A stretch of 63,983 nt of DNA, counting the filler, from an uncultured bacterium (lineage in GTDB: Bacteria; Hinthialibacterota; Hinthialibacteria; Hinthialibacterales; Hinthialibacteraceae), in NCBI GenBank assembly GCA_964449065.1. It is 4 parts of 4 records of this genome, joined end to end, with 100 filler letters (N's around TTAATTAATTAA, not from the genome) between each part and the next. Parts side by side here need not be neighbours in the genome. Positions count along the whole stretch, not along the records: positions 1 to 18,355 come from CAYVAZ010000065.1; 3 more parts are not named here. One strand, given 5' to 3'. Position 1 is the first letter of the stretch. Each line of letters begins with the position of its first letter. The notes below the pieces were generated by a model. That model saw only the letters and a list, made by a program, of their open reading frames with translations, did not search any database and was not told the DNA's origin. A program made the position numbers and the translations under genes. Shown here one piece after another: positions 1 to 9,684 of this stretch.

Positions 1-82
1 CACTGCGTTTGACTAAGAATAGTTGGCTCACAACAAAAACCATTTTTCAAGCAATAGACAATCATGGATTGCGTAACATCAG

Positions 83-535
83 TTATATAACTTCATCATC
101 ATCGCTTTTGGGGCCGGATTCACCTTTTAAGAAGCGGGCGACTTTTTCGTGATCCCGCTCTTTGACATCGATTCGGGCATAGGCTTTATCGAATAAAATG
201 CGAATCTCCCCTATGATTTTTACAAAGGCGCGGTCATCACCGTATTTATCAACTAATGGTTTGGCATCTTTTTCGACCTTATCAAAAATTTCTTCGGCCT
301 CTTCCACATTCGAGTCGCTTTCCATCAAAAGAGCTTTCACCTTTTGCAGGCGTTCAATCAACAGTTTGAACTTTCCGGTGAGTTTTGGCTTTTTTTTGTG
401 TTCTTTTATTTTGTAATGATAGTAAAGATAAAATGAGACACCGCAAATAATCACCCAAAAATACAAGGCAATCATTCCCCAGCTGAGGGCTTTTTCACGC
501 AGAAAGCGTTCGATATTGTTGAGCAGTTCTTCCAT
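83..535 (-). CDS. hypothetical membrane protein (single TM helix, helical cytoplasmic part)
   Basis: 150-aa ORF directly downstream of the SDR gene on the same strand; hydrophobic stretch WGMIALYFWVIICGVSFYLYY followed by basic residues. Confidence 0.75.
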   Translation of the reverse strand: MEELLNNIERFLREKALSWGMIALYFWVIICGVSFYLYYHYKIKEHKKKPKLTGKFKLLIERLQKVKALLMESDSNVEEAEEIFDKVEKDAKPLVDKYGDDRAFVKIIGEIRILFDKAYARIDVKERDHEKVARFLKGESGPKSDDDEVI

Positions 536-556
536 TGTATTTCACCGTTTTTTTGT

Positions 557-1312
557 TTATACGACCCACATGCCGCCGTTGGCGTCAATGGTCACACCGA
601 CCAAATAGCTGCTGTCATCCGACGCTAAAAAGGTGACGATGGATGCCATTTCGTCTGAGGTTCCTGCCCGTTTAATGGGGATTTTTTCCATGAGGCCCTG
701 CATGACATCCGGCGGGGTGAATTTATCGTGGAAGGGGGTATCGATAATTCCGGGTGCGATTCCGTTTACCCGAATGCCATCCGCGATGAGTTCTCTTCCC
801 ATCGCTTTGGTCAGAGTAATGACGGCACCTTTGGCGGTACTGTAAGCCATTGCGCCGACTCCACCGCCAAAGCGGCCGGCAACCGACGCGTTGTTAATGA
901 TGACGCCGCCGCCGTTGGTTTTCATGTTGACGCCGATTTTTTGCGTAAGCAATACCACGCTCCAAACATTCAGGTCGAAAATTTCATCCCATTTCGGCCT
1001 GCTGATCTCAAAGAAGGGCATACGCTCCACCAAACCGCCCGCGTTGTTGAACAAGACATCCACGCGGCCGAATTCACCGATTACCTTTTCGGCAAGAGCG
1101 GTGACTTCATCGTCGCTATTCATGTCGCATTGGATGCAGAGGGCTTTCTTGCCTGTTGCTTCAATTTCCTGCCGCAATTTTTTTGCCCCGTCTTCGTTGC
1201 CGCGATAGGTAAAGGCTACATCGGCACCTTCTTCCGCCATTTTTAGAGCGCTGGCATAACCGATTCCGCTGCTTGCTCCGGTGATGAGGGCTTTTTTTCC
1301 TTGCAGGCGCAT
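557..1312 (-). CDS. short-chain dehydrogenase/reductase (FabG-like)
   Basis: TGASSGIG Rossmann motif, NNAG, catalytic YSTAK, PGxIDT; AGGAG RBS. Confidence 0.95.
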   Translation of the reverse strand: MRLQGKKALITGASSGIGYASALKMAEEGADVAFTYRGNEDGAKKLRQEIEATGKKALCIQCDMNSDDEVTALAEKVIGEFGRVDVLFNNAGGLVERMPFFEISRPKWDEIFDLNVWSVVLLTQKIGVNMKTNGGGVIINNASVAGRFGGGVGAMAYSTAKGAVITLTKAMGRELIADGIRVNGIAPGIIDTPFHDKFTPPDVMQGLMEKIPIKRAGTSDEMASIVTFLASDDSSYLVGVTIDANGGMWVV

Positions 1313-1450
1313 AAGACTCTCCTTTATCCAATGAATACATAGAAAGATTCTTCAAACCCACTAAAATTACGTTAGATTTATTATTAAGAATGGAAACATG
1401 AAAGTCAATTTCCATCAATCCCGAAAGAGCAATTTCATTTCCACACGACT

Positions 1451-2764
1451 ATGAATCCAACGCAATTGGAAACAGCCGCTCTTTATGATGAACGCGAAAT
1501 CCAGCGCCAGCGATTGTTCTGGCTGATTCGGATACGATGGTACGCCGCCACGGCTTTGCTGCTGGTGGGCATGATCAGTTTGTTTATCGATTCATTATTT
1601 TTTCAGGGAGAAGTGCTCTGCGCCTTCAGCGTGCTGATGTACGGTTATAACTATTATTTCTGGCGGCAAATTCAAGAACCGGACTATCCATTGAGCAATG
1701 CGTTGATGCAGGTGCTATCGGATATCATCGTATTAACCTTGATTTTGTTTTTTACCGGTGGATTCAAGAATCCCTTTTTCACCTTTTATTTTTCCATTGT
1801 GATCATTGCCTGGATGGTTCTCAGTTACCGCTTGAGCATTTTTGTCACGGTATTGGTAACGCTGTGTTTTGCCGTTCAGGGGTTAAGCTGGTTCAGCACG
1901 GATCTAAAACTGTTCGGTGAATTGCCGATGCATGTCATCGGCGCGCCGGTGAGTTTTGTCATCACCACCGTGGTAACTGCCTATTTTGTTTATATCATTA
2001 TGGAAGACTTGCGGCGGCGTGAAGAAGACGTGAAGCATGCACGGCAGCAATCGATGCAGGCGCAGCGGCTGGCGGCGGTCGGGCAATTGGCCGCCGGGGT
2101 GGCCCATGAGATCAACACTCCGTTGGGAACCATTAATCTCGTGGCGAATGATGCCTTGGATGTGATGACGGACAAACCGCGTCCGGATGCATCCGACCTG
2201 AAAGACGTACAGGAATCGCTGCTGACCATTAAGGAACAAACCAACCGCTGTAAGAACATCACCAAAACCTTGCTGGAATTTTCCCGCAAACCGACCGTGG
2301 AACGTGAACTCTGTACACTCAATGATATCGTGGATGTGGCGCTGGATATTTGCCGGCACAAAATGAACGGGATTGCAATTGAAACGGCATTGGATTCCAA
2401 GATTCCATCGTTATACATTGACCGCAATGGTATGGAGCGGGCGGTTTGCAATTTGCTGTTGAACGCGGTGGATGCCTTGGATGCAACAAATGAGAACGCG
2501 GCAATCTGTATCGAAACCACTCTTGTGGATCAACAGGTACAACTGCAAGTTCGGGATACCGGCTGCGGAATGACGGAAGAATCTCTGTCGCGCATCTTCG
2601 AGCCGTTCTATACCACCAAAGAAGTCGGCAAGGGAACGGGATTGGGACTGTATATCACCTACGGTATCATTCAGGATGCGGGCGGCACTTTGGAAATCAC
2701 AAGCGAACCAGGCAAAGGGACGAATGCCGTCATAGCCATCCCGGTGCAAGGAGAGACGGATTGA
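1451..2764 (+). CDS. membrane sensor histidine kinase with RegB-like input domain
   Basis: about 6 TM helices incl. GGFKNPF; H-box AHEINTPL; N box NLLLNA; G boxes DTGCG, GTGLGL. Confidence 0.93.
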   Translation: MNPTQLETAALYDEREIQRQRLFWLIRIRWYAATALLLVGMISLFIDSLFFQGEVLCAFSVLMYGYNYYFWRQIQEPDYPLSNALMQVLSDIIVLTLILFFTGGFKNPFFTFYFSIVIIAWMVLSYRLSIFVTVLVTLCFAVQGLSWFSTDLKLFGELPMHVIGAPVSFVITTVVTAYFVYIIMEDLRRREEDVKHARQQSMQAQRLAAVGQLAAGVAHEINTPLGTINLVANDALDVMTDKPRPDASDLKDVQESLLTIKEQTNRCKNITKTLLEFSRKPTVERELCTLNDIVDVALDICRHKMNGIAIETALDSKIPSLYIDRNGMERAVCNLLLNAVDALDATNENAAICIETTLVDQQVQLQVRDTGCGMTEESLSRIFEPFYTTKEVGKGTGLGLYITYGIIQDAGGTLEITSEPGKGTNAVIAIPVQGETD

Positions 2765-4116
2765 GCACGGTGTTAATCGTAGATGACGATGCCGCTTTCC
2801 GCAAAGCCTTAGGCAAATCGTTAGAGCGGAAAGGGTATCAAATCCATACGGCGGAAAACGGAAAGAACGCATTGCAGCATTCCGCCTTGGCGGAATGCGA
2901 GGCTGTGGTTGCCGATATGCGCATGCCTGAGATGGATGGGATTGCCCTTCTGCAAGAACTGCAACAGCAGTATCCGGATTTGCCTGTCATTGTGCTAACC
3001 GGGCATGGAGATATTGAATCCGCCATCGATGCCATCAAAAAAGGGGCGTTCCATTACTTCACCAAACCCTGCGATATTTCGGAACTGGATATCTACCTGC
3101 AAAAAGCCCTAACCAACCGCGAAGTGATGCAGAATAACCGCCATCTGAGAGACGCGCTGCAACTGGCGGAAAAAAATCATGGAATTGTCGGCGAAAGTTC
3201 AGCAATACAACAACTGCTGCAGCTGATAGACCGCACCAAAGATTCGGACGCGCCCGCCTTAATTGTAGGAGAAAGCGGAACCGGTAAAGAACTCGTCGCC
3301 CGCGCGCTGCACTTTCAAAGCAAACGCAAGGATATGCCCTTCATCGCGCTCAACTGCGCGACGCTGAAACCGGACTTGTTGGAAAATGAATTGTTTGGAC
3401 ATGTCGCCGGCGCGTTTACGGGGGCGACTTCCAAAAAAGAAGGCTTATTGACCATCGCGAACAACGGCACGTTGTTTATCGATGAGATCGCCGATATGGA
3501 TTTAAACGTGCAGGCCAGCCTGCTGCGCGTGATCGAAACCGGCGAGTTCCGCCCGTTGGGTTCGACCAAAGAACAAAAAACCAATGTACGCCTATTGGCG
3601 GCCGCCAACCGCGATTTAACCAAGGAAGTGGAAGCCAAGCACTTTCGCGAAGATTTGTTTTACCGCTTAAGCGTGATCATCATCCGCACTCCGCCCTTGC
3701 GTGAACATCCGGATGATATTCCCCTCTTGGTTCAATCGTTCTTGCAGAATTCCGCCGCCGGCAAAGGGATCACGTTTGAACCGGAAGCAATCCGGCACCT
3801 GCAACAGCACTCGTGGAAAGGAAATATCCGGGAATTATTCAACATTTGCGAACGCGCACTCTTGATGCGCAACGGGGATGTGGTGACCGCACAGGAAATC
3901 GCCATGCTTTTGACTATGAATCCTACCCTATCCATTTCGGCGCCCACCGGACTTGCGGAAGCGGATCCAGTGCAGACATTGGAAGATATGGAGAAAACGT
4001 ACATCCAAAAAGCATTGGATGAAACGGAATTCAACATTTCAAAAACCGCGGAGGTGTTGGGAATCGACCGCCGCACCTTGCAGCGCAAAATGGACCGCTA
4101 TGGCTTAGACCGGTAA
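2761..4116 (+). CDS. sigma-54-dependent response regulator (REC-AAA+-Fis HTH)
   Basis: IVDDD/DMRMP receiver, GESGTGKE Walker A, GAFTGA, FIDE Walker B, C-terminal HTH; TTG start overlaps the kinase stop. Confidence 0.95.
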   Translation: MSTVLIVDDDAAFRKALGKSLERKGYQIHTAENGKNALQHSALAECEAVVADMRMPEMDGIALLQELQQQYPDLPVIVLTGHGDIESAIDAIKKGAFHYFTKPCDISELDIYLQKALTNREVMQNNRHLRDALQLAEKNHGIVGESSAIQQLLQLIDRTKDSDAPALIVGESGTGKELVARALHFQSKRKDMPFIALNCATLKPDLLENELFGHVAGAFTGATSKKEGLLTIANNGTLFIDEIADMDLNVQASLLRVIETGEFRPLGSTKEQKTNVRLLAAANRDLTKEVEAKHFREDLFYRLSVIIIRTPPLREHPDDIPLLVQSFLQNSAAGKGITFEPEAIRHLQQHSWKGNIRELFNICERALLMRNGDVVTAQEIAMLLTMNPTLSISAPTGLAEADPVQTLEDMEKTYIQKALDETEFNISKTAEVLGIDRRTLQRKMDRYGLDR

Positions 4117-4168
4117 TTCAAATGCAGAGATTAGGGATTAGGGATGAATGGTTGTTTGAATTGTATGG

Positions 4169-4277
4169 GGAGCATCGGCTTCCAGCCGGTAAATGACGGA
4201 CCGGAAAAAAGTCAATAATTGTAGTGCAGGCTTCCAGCCGCTGCTATATATTATGCAGGCAAGATGCCTGCACCACA
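4169..4277. repeat. REP-like palindromes (GTAG/GTGG-type doublet plus a degenerate copy)
   Basis: TGTAGTGCAGGCTTCCAGCC...GCAGGCAAGATGCCTGCACCACA inverted pair at 4220-4277; related GGAGCATCGGCTTCCAGCCGGT at 4169-4190. Confidence 0.7.
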
Positions 4278-4280
4278 ATA

Positions 4281-4620
4281 TACTATATCAACCAGCGTTT
4301 TCGTTTTAGGAAAATACGGCTGGAACCGAGGCTTGGGAATGACCAATCCATGAGCAGGAAATGGCCAAGAAGAACTTTCTTGTGGAGGTTTACCGGTTTC
4401 GAGAAAATGAAGAGCGGCTTCTCGAATTGTTGGCCATAAGCGTATTGCTTTGGCTGCCTTTCGCAGATTATTATAAGCATTCATACTGGGAGAATGAATG
4501 AATTCGATAACGCGATAGGAAGCAACCAGTTTTTTGTCTTTTTCTATGACGGCGATTTCTCTGAGTTTTTGTTCTAAAGACCATGCGAGACCTGGAAGCG
4601 ATTTGACAATATCATCATAA
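4281..4620 (-). pseudogene. internal fragment resembling the C-terminal half of SWIM zinc-finger family proteins
   Basis: reads LPGLAWSLEQKLREIA...LRKAAKAIRLWPTIREAALHFLETGKPP...WPFP...FP...LVDI; no credible start; runs into the REP element. Confidence 0.5.
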
Positions 4621-4952
4621 CCGCGAACACGCGACATTTCGGCGCATTCATCGAACAAAGCAATATCTGTTGTTTGAGTTGGATGCGTTCGGAAATTGGC
4701 GAAGCCCCCGCTTGGCAATTACGCGGCATGGCGACGCATCCAAACGATCGAGGATCGGGCGTCGGGCGTGAATTGTTGAAATTCTCAGAAAACTATATTG
4801 CTTCAGAATCAGATATCCGCCAATTCTGGTGCAACGCCCGAACTGGAGCAGTTGGTTTCTATCAAAAACAAGGCTGGCTCGTATGTTCAGACGAGTTCCT
4901 CATCCCCGGCGTCGGGCCACATTTTAAAATGCAGAAGATCATTTCAATTTAA
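4620..4952 (+). pseudogene. N-terminally truncated GNAT acetyltransferase
   Basis: frame reads TRHFGAF...AWQLRGMATHPNDRGSGVG...WCNARTGAVGFYQKQGW...GPHFKM; the usual N-terminal ~35 aa and a start/RBS are absent. Confidence 0.65.
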
Positions 4953-6337
4953 TTTGTTGGCGCAAAAATAATCCTGCGATATGAAGTAAGATTGTGTGCG
5001 CCATCATCTGTTACTTCACAGATGACATGAAAGTCCTTACCAGTAGAATCTGATGGAATTTTAACTCTTGCCTGATTTGAGTTGTTGTTCAGTATTTCAA
5101 CCGTACTATTGTAAGAGCCTGCTTCGGATAAGACCCACCATTTAAACGCTAATGTGTCACCGTCCGGGTCATGTGATTTGGAAGCATCAAGTGTGACCAA
5201 CGTTCCTTGTTTAGGATTTTGGTTCAAAATATCAATGCTATTATCATCATTGATAACAACAACTGGATTCCTGTTACCTTCGCCGTCTTTTGCCCAATCC
5301 ATTCGCGCAGCGAAATTATTAAAAATTGCTGGATAGAAATACTTGAAATATTTTGAAGATGTTTGATAGGCTGAACCTTGGTGATTTGTTAAAGCAAATG
5401 TTTCATCATCTTGCCCCTTGCCCCATTCAAAATACCCACTCCAACCAATATGACCAGGAATTTCAGGGTTATTCAGACCATTTGGCATAATATGAAGAAA
5501 TGCAGGCGTGTCGCCTTCTACACCATATTTGTATTTAGGGTAGATACTGCCTAAGTTGCCATGTGTTTGGATATGGGCGGCGTATTCATCCCAATTTGCT
5601 TTCCCAATTCCGTTTTGTAATTTCCAGGCGCACTCATCCCAGAAAAACTTGAGGTCTTTCTTAAACTCTCTACGCATCCATTGATGAGAACTTATATGAT
5701 AGGGAGTGCCTTTTTTGTATGACCGATCCTGATCCGTAATCGTATAGACGCGGATTTTCTGAAGAAATGCTTTCAGTTCTTCCGGGCTTCGCTCTTTCTG
5801 CACTTGCCAAATCGACTGAGCGATTGTGTTCCCTCCACCCCAGACCGTTACCCAAAGCGGACGGTCGTCATCTTCATCGGCTAACTGAATAATCAGATTG
5901 CTTCCAGGAGAAATATTATTCTCGCCAATATGTTCAAAACCTCTTTTTTTACTGCCGAATAGAGTGCGATCTCTCAAGTATTTCGGGCTTGGCCAATATC
6001 CAATTTTTTGTTGAGTTTCACTTTCTATATGTTCATTCTGATTAGATCGTTTTAGAAGATTGGGTGAATCTTTTTCATAGGCATTGATTGCATCATGAAT
6101 CAGGTCAATAAAATCATCACGGGTGGTTTCCAAACTCCAACCGGTTGTATAAACCAGTCCTTCAATTTCGAATAAATCGGCATGGACAAGAAGCCGAATC
6201 ATAGATTCCATGTCATCCGGCTCCCATGTAGAAATATCTGTAAGCACAACCATACGCGGTTTAAGCGGAGCGGAATGAGTTGTAACAGAAATAGTAATGA
6301 TGATGATACTTACCGCTAACAAGAAGAGTCTTTTCAT
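4949..6337 (-). CDS. secreted DUF1593 (nucleoside-hydrolase-like) protein with C-terminal Ig/PKD-like domain
   Basis: signal peptide; RMVVLTDI..EPDD.ESMIRLL, WGGGNT, EGDTP, FAARMDW, DPDGD motifs. Confidence 0.88.
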   Translation of the reverse strand: MKRLFLLAVSIIIITISVTTHSAPLKPRMVVLTDISTWEPDDMESMIRLLVHADLFEIEGLVYTTGWSLETTRDDFIDLIHDAINAYEKDSPNLLKRSNQNEHIESETQQKIGYWPSPKYLRDRTLFGSKKRGFEHIGENNISPGSNLIIQLADEDDDRPLWVTVWGGGNTIAQSIWQVQKERSPEELKAFLQKIRVYTITDQDRSYKKGTPYHISSHQWMRREFKKDLKFFWDECAWKLQNGIGKANWDEYAAHIQTHGNLGSIYPKYKYGVEGDTPAFLHIMPNGLNNPEIPGHIGWSGYFEWGKGQDDETFALTNHQGSAYQTSSKYFKYFYPAIFNNFAARMDWAKDGEGNRNPVVVINDDNSIDILNQNPKQGTLVTLDASKSHDPDGDTLAFKWWVLSEAGSYNSTVEILNNNSNQARVKIPSDSTGKDFHVICEVTDDGAHNLTSYRRIIFAPTN

Positions 6338-6440
6338 TATAAACCTCTAAGGATTATTAAATTACAAGAAAATTAATTCATCGGAATCTTACTCTATCTT
6401 ACCGCCGGCAGGAAGTACCTTATAATATTTTCGGGATATA

Positions 6441-6599
6441 ATACCAAGTTGAAAAAAGAATGTGAGTTATGACTTCTTTTATTTTGTAGGGGTAACCCCC
6501 AGTGGTTACCCCACAGCAGGGCAGCCACAGGGGGCTGCCCCTACGATGGTAAGACAATTTATAAATAACATTTTCAATGCAATTGGTATAAAACGGATT
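6441..6599. mobile_element. MITE-like element with imperfect TIRs enclosing a GTAG-type REP doublet
   Basis: left ATACCAAGTTG...AATGT, right ACATT...CAATTGGTAT; core GTAGGGGTAACCCCCAGTGGTTACCC...GGGCAGCCACAGGGGGCTGCCCCTAC at 6486-6544. Confidence 0.6.
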
Positions 6600-6609
6600 G
6601 GTTTAATAA

Positions 6610-6831
6610 ATGAACCGGAGAACTGCCGTGTTGGACGCGTTAGTAAAACTTTTATGGCTCCCTATTCAATTGGTGCTTGTGTTGATTGGAGTTCTGGGAC
6701 GCACTTTGGCAATCATAATTGGTTTGGGATTGTTCGGAATCGGGTTTGCGCTTTGCTTTTTGGGCCCCCTCATCTTAATAGGGGCCCCCTTGTGTTTGAT
6801 TAGTGCTTTGCTGGTGATAAAAGCGTTTTAG
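6610..6831 (+). CDS. small hydrophobic membrane protein
   Basis: 73 aa, almost entirely hydrophobic with Gly/Pro hairpin pattern; fills the gap up to the convergent rpsA stop. Confidence 0.55.
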   Translation: MNRRTAVLDALVKLLWLPIQLVLVLIGVLGRTLAIIIGLGLFGIGFALCFLGPLILIGAPLCLISALLVIKAF

Positions 6832-6833
6832 CC

Positions 6834-8714
6834 TTACTCATCTTCCTCTTCATTTTTGCGTTTGAAGAATTCTTCTTCGGTAGTCGATACGTTTGCGGAT
6901 TGTTCCATCAGTTTCTTCATTTGCTCGCCTAGCATTTCACCCAACGTCGCATTGCTGCCGGTGTCTTCGGCTAAATATTTTTGCACTTCTTTCTTTTCTT
7001 GCTCTTTGTCGAAGTCTTTTAACGATAATCCGATTTTGCGGCTGGATAAATCAAACTTGATGATCTTCATGGTGTATATTTCACCCGGCCTCACCAAATC
7101 CTTTGGAGATCTGCCGCGTTCTTCTGAAAGTGTTGATACGTGTGCCAAACCTTCCACACCCGGTTCAATCTCAACAAAGGCGCCGAAATCGGTTACGCGA
7201 ACCACTTTGCACTGGACATTGTGCCCCACGCGGTATTTCTGCGAAAGCGCAATCCACGGGTCGGCATCCATCTGCTTCAAACCAAGAGAAATGCGTTTTT
7301 CTTCGGGAACGATTTCCAACACTTTGACTTTGATTACCTCTCCGGTTTTGACAACTTGCTTGGGGCTGGTTACACGCTTTTCCCACGACATATCGGATAC
7401 GTGAATCATACCGTCCACGCCTTCCGGCAAGCGGACAAACGCGCCGAATTCTTTCATGCCGGTCACTTCGCCTTCGATTACACTGCCTGCCGGATGATTG
7501 GCATGGGCAAGCGTCCATGGATCCACTTCCGTTTGACGGTAGCTGAGCGAAATGCGTTTGCGTTCGTCTTCGATCCCTAAAATTTTGACCTGGATTTCGT
7601 CGCCGACTTTTATTTCTTCGGATGGATGTTTCACCCGTTTCGTCCACGACATTTCGGAAATATGGATCAAACCTTCAATGCCTGCTTCCAGCTCAACAAA
7701 GGCCCCGAATTTTTCCAGTTTCATCACTTTACCGGAAACCACTTTTCCTTCGGGATATTTTTCATGGACATCGTCCCACGGATTCTTTTGCAGTTGCTTC
7801 AGGCCGACGGAGATGCGGTCGCCTTCGATGCTTAAAACCATGACTTCAATGGTATCGCCGATATTGACGATTTCTTGCGGTTTGTTGATTTTCGACCACG
7901 ACATGTCGTTCACATGCAGCAAACCGTCCACACCACCCAGATCCACAAACGCGCCGAATTGGGTTAGGTTTTTCACCAACCCTTTTACGCGCAAGCCTTC
8001 TTCCAGCTTTTCCAGGGTTTCTTCGCGCATTTGTTTGCGCTGCTCATCCAGCAAGACCCGCTGTGAAACCACCAAGTCACGCTTGGGCTTCATTTCCAGG
8101 ATGCGAACCTGAACGGTTTGGCCGATTAACGATTTTTTCTCCGCATCGGTTTTCACGTTCATCCCTAATTGCGAGTGCGGCATAAACGCGCGAATCCCAT
8201 CCAGCGACGTATCGAAACCGCCCTTGATCACCTCTTTGATTTCGCATGTAACCGGTTCTTGGTTTTTGAACGCGTTGTGCAGTGTTGTACGGGTTTTGTA
8301 TTCTTTAGCGCGGCTGCGGGAAAGAACGGGCAGACCGTCTCTGCCTTCGCGGCGAAGGACCATCACTTCAATTTCCTGCCCGACATAGATATTCGTGTCT
8401 TTACCGTCTTGGATAAATTCATCCAACGGCACGATCCCTTCCGACTTGGAACCGATATCCACAACCACTTCATCTTGATTCACCTTTACCACGGTTCCTG
8501 TGACGATTTCACCGCGTTGAAACGTACTGAACGAATCGTCAATCATCGCTTCAAAATCGGCGTCGTCCTGCACTTCTATGTCATCCTCTTCCCCGGTGTG
8601 CCGCGATAATTCCAGCGGTTCATCCAAGCCGACTTCATTGGATCTCGTTGCGTCGGTGGATGGTGTTTCTGAAAATTCTTTTTCTGTTGTTAGTTCTTCG
8701 AGTTGTTCAACCAT
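6834..8714 (-). CDS. rpsA: 30S ribosomal protein S1
   Basis: six S1 repeats (FGAFV..GV.GL.H.S, RISL); GGAGG RBS; acidic N- and C-terminal extensions. Confidence 0.97.
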   Translation of the reverse strand: MVEQLEELTTEKEFSETPSTDATRSNEVGLDEPLELSRHTGEEDDIEVQDDADFEAMIDDSFSTFQRGEIVTGTVVKVNQDEVVVDIGSKSEGIVPLDEFIQDGKDTNIYVGQEIEVMVLRREGRDGLPVLSRSRAKEYKTRTTLHNAFKNQEPVTCEIKEVIKGGFDTSLDGIRAFMPHSQLGMNVKTDAEKKSLIGQTVQVRILEMKPKRDLVVSQRVLLDEQRKQMREETLEKLEEGLRVKGLVKNLTQFGAFVDLGGVDGLLHVNDMSWSKINKPQEIVNIGDTIEVMVLSIEGDRISVGLKQLQKNPWDDVHEKYPEGKVVSGKVMKLEKFGAFVELEAGIEGLIHISEMSWTKRVKHPSEEIKVGDEIQVKILGIEDERKRISLSYRQTEVDPWTLAHANHPAGSVIEGEVTGMKEFGAFVRLPEGVDGMIHVSDMSWEKRVTSPKQVVKTGEVIKVKVLEIVPEEKRISLGLKQMDADPWIALSQKYRVGHNVQCKVVRVTDFGAFVEIEPGVEGLAHVSTLSEERGRSPKDLVRPGEIYTMKIIKFDLSSRKIGLSLKDFDKEQEKKEVQKYLAEDTGSNATLGEMLGEQMKKLMEQSANVSTTEEEFFKRKNEEEDE

Positions 8715-9006
8715 GAACGTCTATGCCTCCAAATTCGAGGGGAAAATTTTGCTGTCAGCAATCAATATAGTCATTTTTGATTATTTGTCAGATCGAATTG
8801 CGGAATGATTGTATCAAACCGGCGGTTTTTCATGCATTTTGACTTTAAACCAACTGATTTTACTAGAGTATTGTAATCAGGTAAGGTATGTAAGCCGATG
8901 AAAAATGACGCGGAAGTATTTTTCATTCTATAGCAAAAATTACCATTCCACTAACCATTTAATCCAACAAACATCCGTGTCATCGGTGTTATTTTATGAC
9001 TGGTCT

Positions 9007-9663
9007 TCAAGTTTTTGAAGTGCTGGATTCCGTTTGCGTACCATCCGCAAGCAAATACCTTTGTTCCATTTCCTGCAAGCGGCTGCTCAACCGCTCTGTG
9101 ACCGCTGCTATAAGGGCGTCTCTGTCCACCGCTTCAATCTCAAGCGGATCAATCATTTCTCCGATTTCCACACGTATTTTTTTGAATTTTGGAACGGAAC
9201 CCCCTTTCGGCAACGCCCGGTATGAGCCATCAATCCATACCGGAACAATAGGACAGCGGCCGTAAATGGCCAGCCAGGCGGTTCCGGATTTTATGGGCTG
9301 CAGTTTTCCGTCCAGCGAACGGGTTCCTTCCGGAAACAGCAGCAAAGCGTTTTGTTCGCGCAGCAGCCGCAACGCCGATTTCATCCCGCCGGCATCGCTG
9401 CGCGAAACCGGGCGTGCTCCGAACGATTTGATTAACGCTCCAAACAAACGGTTGCGGAACAAACTGGCTCTAGCCAAAAAACAAATTTGCCGCCGGACGG
9501 AAATCGCCACCAAAGGTGGATCTAAATAACTGCAATGATTGCAGGCAATCACCACCGCTCCCTTTGGGGGTAGATTTTGAAAACCGGTCACCGTAAATCC
9601 AAATAAGAGTTTCGCGACCGGCTGAAGCATCCACCAAACCAATCCATACCAAGGTGTCATCAT
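9007..9663 (-). CDS. plsC: 1-acyl-sn-glycerol-3-phosphate acyltransferase
   Basis: NHCSYLDPP (HxxxxD), FPEGTRS, PIVP motifs. Confidence 0.92.
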   Translation of the reverse strand: MMTPWYGLVWWMLQPVAKLLFGFTVTGFQNLPPKGAVVIACNHCSYLDPPLVAISVRRQICFLARASLFRNRLFGALIKSFGARPVSRSDAGGMKSALRLLREQNALLLFPEGTRSLDGKLQPIKSGTAWLAIYGRCPIVPVWIDGSYRALPKGGSVPKFKKIRVEIGEMIDPLEIEAVDRDALIAAVTERLSSRLQEMEQRYLLADGTQTESSTSKT

Positions 9664-9684
9664 GTATTCGTATACCGGGATCGT

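Noticed and set aside
4251..4718. 155-aa minus-strand ORF as an intact gene
   Set aside because: Chimeric: it begins as antisense of the GNAT remnant and ends in REP-derived CGAGILPA.
6462..6803. 113-aa plus-strand ORF
   Set aside because: Its N-terminal half is a translation of the REP/MITE (VGVTPSGYP..GQPQGAAPT); the overlapping 73-aa hydrophobic ORF is more plausible.
6856..8609. Multiple long antisense ORFs over rpsA and other genes
   Set aside because: Shadow frames of strongly conserved genes, with no independent motifs or RBS.
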